A stretch of 64,000 nt of DNA from an uncultured Acidobacteriota bacterium. GTDB lineage: Bacteria > Acidobacteriota > Thermoanaerobaculia > Gp7-AA8. The stretch lies in contig CAWGHO010000002.1 in assembly GCA_963822445.1 (NCBI GenBank), positions 768,001-832,000 on the forward strand, read 5' to 3'. Below, piece by piece: positions 40,029-48,683 of the stretch. The translations under genes and the position numbers were made by a program. The notes under the pieces were generated by a model. The model ran no database searches, was not told the DNA's origin, and worked only from the letters and a program-made list of their open reading frames with translations. Numbering within the stretch: the first letter of the stretch is position 1; each line of letters starts with the position of its first letter.

Positions 40029-41021
40029 GCGGAGAATCAAATGCAGATCCCCGAACTCGTGCCACAAGTACCTGCGCTCCAGCGCGGCCGCGTACGCCTT
40101 CTCGATGTGTGCACGGCCGGCGATCGCTTCGAGCATGGCCAGATGCGTCGCGCGAGGCTCGTGCAGGCCGGTGAGGAGTCCATCGACGACCTTCACGCCG
40201 CGCTCGGGCGTGATCACCAGATCGGTCCAGCCGCGCGAGGCGATCACCCGGCCGGCGCGATCGACGGATGACTCCAGCGCGCGCACGACCGTGGTTCCCA
40301 CCGCCACCACCCGCCCTCCCCTCGCCTTGGCCCGTCGCACTTCATCCGCCGTCCGCGCCGGCACTTCGAAGTACTCCTCGTACGGACGCTCGTGCGTCTC
40401 CAGACTGGCCACGCCCGCGTGCAGCACGAGTTTCGCGAGACGCACGCCGCGGCGGCGCAGGCAGACCAGCATTTCCCTCGTGAAGGCGCGTCCCGCGGAG
40501 GGCATCTCCGCGGAACCGGGCTCGCTCGCGTAAACGGTCTGGTAGGCGTCGAGCGGAAAGCGGCGATCGACGTACGAGTAAGTGATCGGCCGTCCGAACT
40601 GCTGGAGGTACTCGCGCAGCGGTTGGGGCAGTTTGAATCGCGCGATCCACAGACGTTTTGAGTCGCGATAGGGAGCGATGAGCGTGGCTTCGGCGCCGCC
40701 GGGCAACATTAACGAACCGGGGGCGATGACACCGCGCGGCTCGACCACGACCAGATCGCCCGGCAATGGCGCCGAGACATGCAGCGCGATCACATCACCA
40801 TCGTCGCGAATCGCACTCAACGCGGCGGGCAGCGTCGCGGTCGTGTTGAGCACGAGCAGATCGCCGGGCTCGAGGAACCGCGGCAACTGGCGAAAGTGTG
40901 CGTGAGTCACTGAATCGCCGGTCGTCACGAGCAGCTTCACGTCATCGCGACCGCTTCCTCGAAGCTCCGCCGGCTCGCGCGCTTCGAGCTCTTTCGGCAG
41001 CTCGAAATCGACGGTTGTCAT
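40023..41021 (-). CDS. queA: QueA-like SAM:tRNA ribosyltransferase-isomerase family protein
   Basis: DFELP, GDLLVLN, YQTVYA, SAEMPSAG, AVGTTVVRALES, YLWHEFGD; looks like the divergent QueA-like subtype. Confidence 0.85.
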   Translation of the reverse strand: MTTVDFELPKELEAREPAELRGSGRDDVKLLVTTGDSVTHAHFRQLPRFLEPGDLLVLNTTATLPAALSAIRDDGDVIALHVSAPLPGDLVVVEPRGVIAPGSLMLPGGAEATLIAPYRDSKRLWIARFKLPQPLREYLQQFGRPITYSYVDRRFPLDAYQTVYASEPGSAEMPSAGRAFTREMLVCLRRRGVRLAKLVLHAGVASLETHERPYEEYFEVPARTADEVRRAKARGGRVVAVGTTVVRALESSVDRAGRVIASRGWTDLVITPERGVKVVDGLLTGLHEPRATHLAMLEAIAGRAHIEKAYAAALERRYLWHEFGDLHLILRA

Positions 41022-41683
41022 GCGGCCTCTTTCTCGTCGATCAACCCGAGGATGGTCGGCGCCACAGCGTCGGGCAATGGCAGATGCGCGAGATCGACGC
41101 CCGGCTCGGCGAGACGGTGCATCTCCGTGTTCATGTCGCCGGGATCGACGGCCAGCACGCGAACGCCCGTGCCCGCGAGCTCCGCCGCGAGCGTGCGTGA
41201 AGCATGCTCGAGCGCGGCCTTGCTCGCGCCGTAGCCGCCCCAGCCCGGATAGGCGTTCACACCCGCGTCGGAGGTGATGTTGAGGATCGTGCCCCGGCCG
41301 CGCTCCTTCATCGACGGAAGAACCAGTTGCGCGAGATGAACCGGCGCGACGACATTGACCTTGAAGACGCGCAGCAGCGCGTCCCACGGATAGGCATCGA
41401 GCCGCGGCATCGGCGAGGGCCCGAGCTCGGAGGCGTTGTTGATGAGGAGGTCGACCGGCCCGAAGCGATACAGCGCGCGCTCGGCGAGCTGCTCGGCGAT
41501 CTCGCTGACGTCGCCGGCCACGCGCTCGACGACTGTGAAGCGCGAGAGCTCGCGCGAGGCCTCGATGAGCTTCTCCTCGCGCCGGGCGTTGATGGTGAGT
41601 GCATATCCGCGCCTGGCGAGCAGCGTCGCCAGCGCGCGGCCGAGGCCCTGGGAGGCTCCGGTGATGAGTGCGTGTTTTTTCAT
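41018..41683 (-). CDS. SDR family oxidoreductase
   Basis: ITGASQGLG, NNAS, YGASK, DPGDMNT. Confidence 0.93.
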   Translation of the reverse strand: MKKHALITGASQGLGRALATLLARRGYALTINARREEKLIEASRELSRFTVVERVAGDVSEIAEQLAERALYRFGPVDLLINNASELGPSPMPRLDAYPWDALLRVFKVNVVAPVHLAQLVLPSMKERGRGTILNITSDAGVNAYPGWGGYGASKAALEHASRTLAAELAGTGVRVLAVDPGDMNTEMHRLAEPGVDLAHLPLPDAVAPTILGLIDEKEAA

Positions 41684-41757
41684 GCACTCAAGATCGCGCG
41701 TTTCGGGCCGGGGGACCTCGTGCGGAAGGGAAGGAGCGGACCTGTACGAAAGGACAG

Positions 41758-42342
41758 TTACACGATCCCGCGTTCGTGAGCTTTGGCAACCGCCTCGGCC
41801 CGATTCGCCGCCCCGAGCTTGTTCAGAATGCTCGTGACGTGGAACTTGATGGTCCGTTCGGTGACACCGAGCTCCGTGGCGATCTCCTTGTTCGAGCGCC
41901 CCGCGGCGACCAGCTCGAGCACCTCGCGCTCACGCGCGCTTAGCCGCGGCGCGTGCGACAGCGCGATCACCCGCGACGCAACGCGCGGATCGATGTACGT
42001 ACCGCCGTCCGCAATGGTGCGAATGGCGCGGTCGATCTCGTCGATCGACGCGCCTTTGAGCAGATAGCCGCGCGCGCCAGCTTGCAGCACGGCTTCGATC
42101 TGCTCGTCATTCGCGTATGCGGTGAGCACGAGCACGCGCGCCTCGATCCGTGGAATCGACTCGAGCCCGCTGATTCCCGGCAGCTCCAGATCGAGCAACA
42201 CGACGTCCGCATTCATCCGCGCCGCAAATAGCTCCTCGGCCGAGCCGAACGCCCCGGCGATCGCGAACTCGCGCTTCTCCAGCGCCGCCACGAGCCCTTC
42301 GCGCACGACGGGATGATCGTCGACGATCGCCAGACGGATCAT
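41758..42342 (-). CDS. LuxR/NarL family response regulator
   Basis: VDDHPVVREG; LSAREREVL...SNKEIA. Confidence 0.94.
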   Translation of the reverse strand: MIRLAIVDDHPVVREGLVAALEKREFAIAGAFGSAEELFAARMNADVVLLDLELPGISGLESIPRIEARVLVLTAYANDEQIEAVLQAGARGYLLKGASIDEIDRAIRTIADGGTYIDPRVASRVIALSHAPRLSAREREVLELVAAGRSNKEIATELGVTERTIKFHVTSILNKLGAANRAEAVAKAHERGIV

Positions 42343-43421
42343 CGCGGCACCCGCGCTTTGATCTTCGTCCCCTCTTTCGAGGCGATCTTCAAGGTCCCTC
42401 CGGCCAGGCGCGCACGCTCGCGCATGCCGCGGATTCCGTGGCGATCCTCGGCAATGCGCCGCGGATCGAATCCGACGCCGTCGTCTTCGACCGTGAGCGT
42501 GGCCGCGCCGCGCGTGCAGTGAAGCGTGAGCCGCACCGCTTTCGCGCTCGCGTGCTGCTTCACATTCGCCAGCGCCTGTTCGGCGATCCGGTACAACTCC
42601 GCCTCAGTCGCCAGCGGCAACTCGCACGCACGCGAGGTATCGAGCGTGACCCGGATCCCACTCTGCGACGTGAACTCGCGAACGAGCAGCGCGAGTGCCT
42701 GAGCGAGCGGCTTTCCGGCGAGCGGTTCCGCGCGCAGGTTCATCACCGAACGGCGCGCCTCATCGAGCGTTGCCCGGGTCACGCGCAAGGCCGTGTCGAT
42801 GCGGCCCGATTCGATGTCGAGGGCGATCGCGGTGAGACTCTGGGCGATGGTGTCGTGAATCTCGCGGGCGAGCCGCGTGCGCTCATCCGCACGAGCATGC
42901 GTCGCCTGATCCTCGGCGAGACGCGCTCGCTCGATCGCAACGCCAAGCTGAAAGCCGATCGTCGTCAGCAGTCGCAGTTCCCGCGCGGACAACCGCCGCA
43001 TCGACGGCGCGGTGATGTTCAGAATGCCGAGGGGCTTGTCCTGGAAGTAGAGCGGAACGGTGGCGTGATGGGCGATCGCGCGCGTCAGCTCCTCGCGATT
43101 GCCGGCGGGACGCAGACGGCTGCAGCCCATCACGTCGACGTTGCGCGATTCGAGCGAGCCTTCCCGGAACTGTTCGATGCACCAGCACGACGACCCGGTC
43201 ATGCGCACCGGCTCCTGCAGATACGGCGGCAGGTTGCGCGCCGCCGCGCTGTAGACGTGGCCGGTCTCCGGATCGAGCAGCCACACCCAGCCGGTATCGA
43301 GATTCAGCTCCTCGGCGATGACCTCGAGCGTCCGCTCGAGCGCGCTCTGCACATCAGGCGCAGAATTCAGCGCCTCGGCGATGGTGGCGATGATTTCGAG
43401 GTCTTTCTTTCGATGGCTCAG
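42339..43421 (-). CDS. GAF-domain HisKA_3 sensor histidine kinase (cytoplasmic); start uncertain, CTG at 43421 or GTG at 43352
   Basis: GAF with CWC...C, LAREIHD, DDGVGF, HGIRGMRER. Confidence 0.9.
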   Translation of the reverse strand: MSHRKKDLEIIATIAEALNSAPDVQSALERTLEVIAEELNLDTGWVWLLDPETGHVYSAAARNLPPYLQEPVRMTGSSCWCIEQFREGSLESRNVDVMGCSRLRPAGNREELTRAIAHHATVPLYFQDKPLGILNITAPSMRRLSARELRLLTTIGFQLGVAIERARLAEDQATHARADERTRLAREIHDTIAQSLTAIALDIESGRIDTALRVTRATLDEARRSVMNLRAEPLAGKPLAQALALLVREFTSQSGIRVTLDTSRACELPLATEAELYRIAEQALANVKQHASAKAVRLTLHCTRGAATLTVEDDGVGFDPRRIAEDRHGIRGMRERARLAGGTLKIASKEGTKIKARVPR

Positions 43422-43434
43422 CTTCTCTGAAGTT

Positions 43435-43557
43435 TATCCTTCGCGCGGGCGGGGGCCGGCGGGCGCGGAGGATCTACGGTTACACCGCGCCGACCGGAGC
43501 CACAGGCGCTGCACGTTAGGCCACATCCTCTCGGTGTAACCGTAGATCCTCCGGCGC
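43435..43557. repeat. Direct repeat copy 2, including an internal inverted repeat
   Basis: GGAGGATCTACGGTTACACCG ... CGGTGTAACCGTAGATCCTCC. Confidence 0.8.
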
Positions 43558-45236
43558 TACGCGCCGAAGGATGGAGGAATAGACCCCTTCAACGTCACGA
43601 CCCGATTGAACACCAGCGCTTCCGCAGTCGAATCGCGATCCACGCAAAAGTAGCCGAGCCGCTCGAACTGGTACCGCGACATCACCGCGGCGCCTTTCAC
43701 CGAGGGTTCCAGTTTCGCGTGCTGGATCACCTCGAGCGAATTCGGATTCATGTGCTGCAGGAAATCGCCATCGGCGTCCGGATCCTCGACGGTGAACAGG
43801 CGCTCGTACAACCGCACTTCGCAGTCGATCGCGTGTTCCGCGGAGACCCAGTGAAGCGTCGCCTTCGGTTTGCGGCCGTCCGGCGAGTCGCCGCCGCGTG
43901 TCGCGGGATCGTAAGTGGCGCGCAGCTCGACGATGTTTCCGGTCTCGTCCTTGATCACGTCCGTGCAGGTGATGAAGTAGGCGGATCGCAGGCGCACCTC
44001 GCGGCCCGGCGCGAGGCGGAAAAACTTCTTCGGCGGGTCTTCCATGAAGTCGTCGCGCTCGATGTAGATCACCCTGCCGAACGGCACGCGCCGCGTTCCC
44101 ATTGACGGATCGTCGGGACTGTTGGCGCTTTCAAACTCTTCACTCGAGCCTTCCGGATAGTTCTCGATGACCACGCGCAACGGCCGCAGCACGCCCATCA
44201 CCCGCGGCGCGGTCTTGTTCAGCTCCTCGCGGATGCAGAACTCGAGCAGGCCGACATCGATCACGTTCTCGCGCCGCGCGACACCCACGCGCTCCGCAAA
44301 GTTGCGGATCGATTCGGGCGTGTAGCCGCGGCGGCGATACGCGGCGAGCGTCGGCATCCGTGGGTCATCCCAGCCGCGCACGTGCCCCTCGGTGACAAGC
44401 CGGCGGATCTTGCGCTTCGAGGTCACCGTGTAATTGAGGTTGAGCCGCGCGAACTCGTACTGCCGCGGACGCGACGGCACCGGGCAGTTCTCGACCAGCC
44501 AGTCGTACAGCGGGCGATGGTCCTCGAACTCCAGCGTGCACAGCGAATGGGTAATGCCTTCGATCGCGTCGGATAGCGGATGGGCGTAGTCGTACATCGG
44601 ATAGATCGCCCACTTGTCGCCGGTCCGGTGATGGTCCTCGTGGCGGATGCGGTAGAGCACCGGATCGCGCATGTTGATGTTCGGCGAGGCCATGTCGATC
44701 TTCGCGCGCAGCACGTGCGCGCCGTCTGGAAACTCTCCGGCACGCATCCGCCGGAAGAGATCGAGATTCTCCTCGACGCCGCGATTGCGGTACGGCGACT
44801 CCTTCCCCGGCTCGGTGAGCGTGCCGCGATACTCACGCATCTCATCGGCGGTGAGGCTGTCGACGTACGCGTGGCCGTGGGTGATCAGGTACTCCGCCCA
44901 CTCGTACAGCTGATCGAAGTAGTCGGACGCGTGCAGCGGTTCGCCGCCCGCGGGAGTGAAGCCGAGCCAGGTCACGTCCTCGACGATGGCCCGTGCGTAC
45001 TCCGCCTCTTCCTTTTCCGGATTCGTGTCGTCGAAGCGGAGATTGCACTTTCCGGCGTAGTCGAGAGCCACGCCGAAGTTCAGGCAGATCGACTTGGCGT
45101 GACCGATGTGCAGGTACCCGTTCGGCTCGGGAGGGAAGCGGGTGACGATCTGCTGGTGCTTCCCGTTGCGCAGGTCTTCCTCCACGATCTCGCGGATGAA
45201 GTCGAGGTTGCGGGAAGGGGCTTCGGTCGTGGTCAT
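43557..45236 (-). CDS. glnS: Glutamine--tRNA ligase
   Basis: [33 protein letters not shown]. Confidence 0.96.
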   Translation of the reverse strand: MTTTEAPSRNLDFIREIVEEDLRNGKHQQIVTRFPPEPNGYLHIGHAKSICLNFGVALDYAGKCNLRFDDTNPEKEEAEYARAIVEDVTWLGFTPAGGEPLHASDYFDQLYEWAEYLITHGHAYVDSLTADEMREYRGTLTEPGKESPYRNRGVEENLDLFRRMRAGEFPDGAHVLRAKIDMASPNINMRDPVLYRIRHEDHHRTGDKWAIYPMYDYAHPLSDAIEGITHSLCTLEFEDHRPLYDWLVENCPVPSRPRQYEFARLNLNYTVTSKRKIRRLVTEGHVRGWDDPRMPTLAAYRRRGYTPESIRNFAERVGVARRENVIDVGLLEFCIREELNKTAPRVMGVLRPLRVVIENYPEGSSEEFESANSPDDPSMGTRRVPFGRVIYIERDDFMEDPPKKFFRLAPGREVRLRSAYFITCTDVIKDETGNIVELRATYDPATRGGDSPDGRKPKATLHWVSAEHAIDCEVRLYERLFTVEDPDADGDFLQHMNPNSLEVIQHAKLEPSVKGAAVMSRYQFERLGYFCVDRDSTAEALVFNRVVTLKGSIPPSFGA

Positions 45237-45347
45237 GTCGGAGTCGTTATATCAATGAGGACGGGTGTTGCCATTCCCGTTACGGAACGGGAGCAAGGTC
45301 CCCGATCGTCTTGACCAGTCCGGCGCGCGGGCCGTAGCGTCGGGCCG

Positions 45348-45776
45348 ATGAAACCGATCTCCCTCGTTGCTGCAGTCCTCTTCGCCGTGGCGGCTCTTGC
45401 AGACGACCGGGAATCCGTCCTGCTGCTGGACAAGGAGATCAGCGTCGCCACCTGGACCGCCGATCCGGTCTGGTTCGAGGAGAACCTCGCCGACGATTAC
45501 GTACTCGTCACCCCCACCGGCGCCATCAAATCGAAGCGGGAAGTGATCCGGGAGCTCTCCACGCCGGGCATGCGCATGGAGCCGTTCGATCCGACCGAGG
45601 TGCAGGTGCGGATGTACGGCGACACGGCCGTCGTCACCGGCCGCATGCGCCAGCGCTTCGTCCTCGGCGGCATCCGCTACGCGAACGACGTCCGCTACAC
45701 CGACGTGTACGTGAAGCGGAAAACGCGCTGGATGCTGGTGAGCGCGCACATCTCGACGGTGGCGACGAAGCGCTAG
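45348..45776 (+). CDS. Exported NTF2-like (DUF4440) protein
   Basis: Signal peptide; LADDY, YGDTAVV, YTDVYVK..W. Confidence 0.85.
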   Translation: MKPISLVAAVLFAVAALADDRESVLLLDKEISVATWTADPVWFEENLADDYVLVTPTGAIKSKREVIRELSTPGMRMEPFDPTEVQVRMYGDTAVVTGRMRQRFVLGGIRYANDVRYTDVYVKRKTRWMLVSAHISTVATKR

Positions 45777-46573
45777 GTTTCCGCCGTCCGCAACGCGCGC
45801 AACACGCGATGCCAGCGCGCGCGCTCGAGATACCAGATCAGCGCGATGACCGGCGGCAGCACCGAGAAGATGTGCAGCATCCTGGCAACGCCGATGATCT
45901 CGGAATTGAAAGCGAGGTAGATCTGCAGGTTGAGTGCAACCACTTCCAGATCGTTCATCAGCGCGCCGCCCTTGCCCTCGCGATACAGCGAGAGGAACTC
46001 GGCGTCGTGGATCAGCCGCCAGGCGAAGAAGGTGCTGTGGATCTGTACGAAGAAGGCGACGAATGCGCCGAGGGGGCGCTCGAATTCGGGAGATTTCCAG
46101 CCGGTGCCCGACAGCGCCTTGTAAAAGAAGATGCCGGCCAGGACGAACTCGAACGCGTGACCCGCGGACGCGATCGCAAGCTCGCGGCGCCATTCCTTCG
46201 TAACGAACACCAGCCAGATCGCGAAGACCACCCCGACGATGACCATGCTCCGCCGGTTCTCGCGGAAGAGCCACAGCAGGTACGCGAACGCAAGCCCCAC
46301 CGCGACGGCGATGGTGAGCCTGAACTGCCCCATGTGCGTGAACCCGCCGCCGTAAACGAGATCGAACGCGGGAAGCGACGGATGGCCGAGAAGCCAGCCG
46401 ACGATCGCATGTCCCAGCTCGTGGAACAGCGTCACGATCGCGGAGAACACGAAGCGGGTGAACGGAATCGCGTAGACGACGATGGCCAGGGCCAGGCCGA
46501 TGCCGAGGATCTTCAGTTCGGCGCGGCCGATCCGACCATCCTCGACGCGGTCTTCATCGCCGGGATCACGCAT
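45773..46573 (-). CDS. Membrane protein with HExxH motif (M50B-like peptidase)
   Basis: FHELGHA, GGGFT, SAG and late ND motif; multi-TM. Confidence 0.7.
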   Translation of the reverse strand: MRDPGDEDRVEDGRIGRAELKILGIGLALAIVVYAIPFTRFVFSAIVTLFHELGHAIVGWLLGHPSLPAFDLVYGGGFTHMGQFRLTIAVAVGLAFAYLLWLFRENRRSMVIVGVVFAIWLVFVTKEWRRELAIASAGHAFEFVLAGIFFYKALSGTGWKSPEFERPLGAFVAFFVQIHSTFFAWRLIHDAEFLSLYREGKGGALMNDLEVVALNLQIYLAFNSEIIGVARMLHIFSVLPPVIALIWYLERARWHRVLRALRTAET

Positions 46574-46603
46574 CGGCCGATTATCGCGCGGTACGATGAC
46601 CTC

Positions 46604-47638
46604 ATGCCGAACAACTGGATGATTTACGGCGCGAACGGATACACCGGCGAGCTCCTCGCGCGCGAGGCGGCGCGGCGCGGACAGAAGCCTGTGCTCGCGG
46701 GCCGATCGCGGGAGCAGATCGAGCCGCTCGCACGCGAGCTGGGATGCGAAGCGCGCATCTTCGATCTCGAGCACATCGATCTCTCCGGCGTCGCGCTGGT
46801 TGTGCATTGCGCGGGTCCGTTCAGCCGCACCAGCGCACCCATGGTTCGGGCCTGTCTCGATCGCGGCGTTCATTACCTCGACATCACCGGCGAGATCGCC
46901 GTGTTCGAAGCGGTGTTCGCGCAGGACGCCGAGGCGAAGAAACGGGGCGTCGTGCTGTTGCCCGGCGTCGGCTTCGATGTCGTACCGACCGATTGCCTTG
47001 CGGCGATGCTCAATCGCAAATTGCCCGACGCGATCGAGCTCTGGCTGGCGTTCGCGCAACGCCGCGGAGGTGTCAGCCGCGGGACGATGAACACGATGAT
47101 CGAGTCGATCGGCCAGGGAGGAGCGATCCGCCGCGACGGCCGGATCGAGCGCGTGCCGATGCTCTTCGACGTCCAGACCATTCCCTTCGAGAGCGGGCCA
47201 CGGCCGGCCATGACCATTCCCTGGGGAGACGTGGCCACGGCCTATCGCACGACGCGGATTCCGAACATCCGCGTCTATCGCGGCGCGTCGGCCGGCACGA
47301 TCAAGCGCACCAAGCGGCTGGTCATGCTCGAGCCGCTGCTGCGCAACCGCTTCGCGAAGAAAATCCTGCAGAAGCTGATCGCGAAACGCACCGGTCCTGA
47401 CGAGCGGCAGCGCGCCGAGGCCCACGTCGAGTTGTGGGGCCGCGTGGTCGATGCGCAAGGCAAGGAAGTGACCATGACCATGCGCGTGGCCGAGGGGTAC
47501 ACGTTCACGGTCCTGTCCGCGCTGGCGGCGGTCGAGCGCGTGCTGACTGCGCCGCCGCCCGCGGGTGCGCTTACCCCGGCGCTGGCGTTCGGGCCGGAGT
47601 TCGTGAAGGAGATTCCCGGGACGGTCGTGCACGAATGA
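46604..47638 (+). CDS. Saccharopine dehydrogenase-like NADP-binding oxidoreductase
   Basis: IYGANGYTG, HCAGPF, YLDITGE, GFDVVPTD. Confidence 0.9.
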   Translation: MPNNWMIYGANGYTGELLAREAARRGQKPVLAGRSREQIEPLARELGCEARIFDLEHIDLSGVALVVHCAGPFSRTSAPMVRACLDRGVHYLDITGEIAVFEAVFAQDAEAKKRGVVLLPGVGFDVVPTDCLAAMLNRKLPDAIELWLAFAQRRGGVSRGTMNTMIESIGQGGAIRRDGRIERVPMLFDVQTIPFESGPRPAMTIPWGDVATAYRTTRIPNIRVYRGASAGTIKRTKRLVMLEPLLRNRFAKKILQKLIAKRTGPDERQRAEAHVELWGRVVDAQGKEVTMTMRVAEGYTFTVLSALAAVERVLTAPPPAGALTPALAFGPEFVKEIPGTVVHE

Positions 47639-48507
47639 AACGCCTCGCGCTCGCGCCGCTCCTCCTTCTTCTACTGACCTGCGCCACAGCGCGCACGCCG
47701 GATCTCGCCTCGCAAGTCGATGCGGTTTTGGCCCGCCATCCCGATCAAACGATCGCCGTCGCGTATTACGACCTGGCCACCGGCGCGACGTTCGCCCGCA
47801 ACGACCGCCTCGTCTTTCACGCCGCGAGCACGATGAAGGTTCCGGTGATGCTGGGGATCTTCGAAGCAATCACGCGCGACGAGCTGAGTCTCGATCAGCC
47901 GGTCACGGTCCGCAATCAATTCGTCAGCATCCTCGACGGATCGACGTACGCGCTGGAATCACGCGAAGACTCCGATCCGGCGCTTTATGACGAGATCGGC
48001 CGCGCGCTGCCGCTGGAGAATCTCGTGCGGCGGATGATCGTCCGCAGCTCGAACCTGGCCACGAACATCGTCATTGAGCTGATCGGCGCAAAGCGGGTCA
48101 TGGCCCTGATGAAGGAAATCGGCGCAAACGACATCCAGGTGCTTCGCGGCGTCGAGGACGACAAGGCCTATCACGCGGGCATGAACAACACCGTCACCGC
48201 CCATGACCTCATGCTCGTCTTCAAGACCCTCGGCGAGCGCAAGGCCATCTCCGCCGAGGCTTCGTCGATGATGATCGACATCCTCACGGCGCAGGAATTC
48301 AATGACGGAATCCCCGGCGGTCTGCCCAAAGACACGCCGGTTGCGCACAAGACAGGGTCCATTACGGCAATCGCGCACGACGCGGGGCTGGTCGATTCGA
48401 AATACGTGCTGGTCGTACTGACGAAGGGATTCAAGAAGACGGACGACGCGGAAAAAGTGATCGCGGAAATCTCGAAACTGGTGTGGGAATCGCGAAAAAC
48501 CCCTTGA
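47635..48507 (+). CDS. Class A beta-lactamase-like serine hydrolase (lipoprotein)
   Basis: LLT-C signal; ASTMK, SSN, HKTG. Confidence 0.9.
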   Translation: MKRLALAPLLLLLLTCATARTPDLASQVDAVLARHPDQTIAVAYYDLATGATFARNDRLVFHAASTMKVPVMLGIFEAITRDELSLDQPVTVRNQFVSILDGSTYALESREDSDPALYDEIGRALPLENLVRRMIVRSSNLATNIVIELIGAKRVMALMKEIGANDIQVLRGVEDDKAYHAGMNNTVTAHDLMLVFKTLGERKAISAEASSMMIDILTAQEFNDGIPGGLPKDTPVAHKTGSITAIAHDAGLVDSKYVLVVLTKGFKKTDDAEKVIAEISKLVWESRKTP

Positions 48508-48533
48508 CACTTCACAATGAGCCTTGCTATTGT
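48504..48533 (+). promoter_or_regulatory. Sigma70 promoter for the uORF-ncRNA-slipin locus
   Basis: TTGACA 48504-48509, 18 nt, extended -10 TGc-TATTGT ending 48533. Confidence 0.75.
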
Positions 48534-48546
48534 GCGCCACCCTGAA

Positions 48547-48618
48547 ATGACGAAGAACTTATCGATTGAACGCTTTCCAACGGCCGTCAAACGCGCCGGA
48601 GGTTCCTCTACGAGGTGA
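48547..48618 (+). CDS. Putative attenuator leader peptide MTKNLSIERFPTAVKRAGGSSTR
   Basis: 23-codon ORF starting 14 nt after the -10; its 3' part is complementary to the terminator 5' arm. Confidence 0.6.
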   Translation: MTKNLSIERFPTAVKRAGGSSTR

Positions 48619-48642
48619 CCGCTCCCCAAGAGCGCTCTCGAT

Positions 48643-48681
48643 AGAGCCCCTTCGGTGCGATGCCGAAGGGGCTTTTTGTTT
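48643..48681 (+). terminator. Intrinsic terminator (attenuator)
   Basis: AGAGCCCCTTCGGT-loop-GCCGAAGGGGCTTT followed by TTGTTT. Confidence 0.88.
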
Positions 48682-48683
48682 CT

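Noticed and set aside
47635-48507. Antibiotic-resistance beta-lactamase
   Set aside because: SSN instead of SDN and a divergent omega-loop region; more likely a PBP-like serine hydrolase, resistance not supported.
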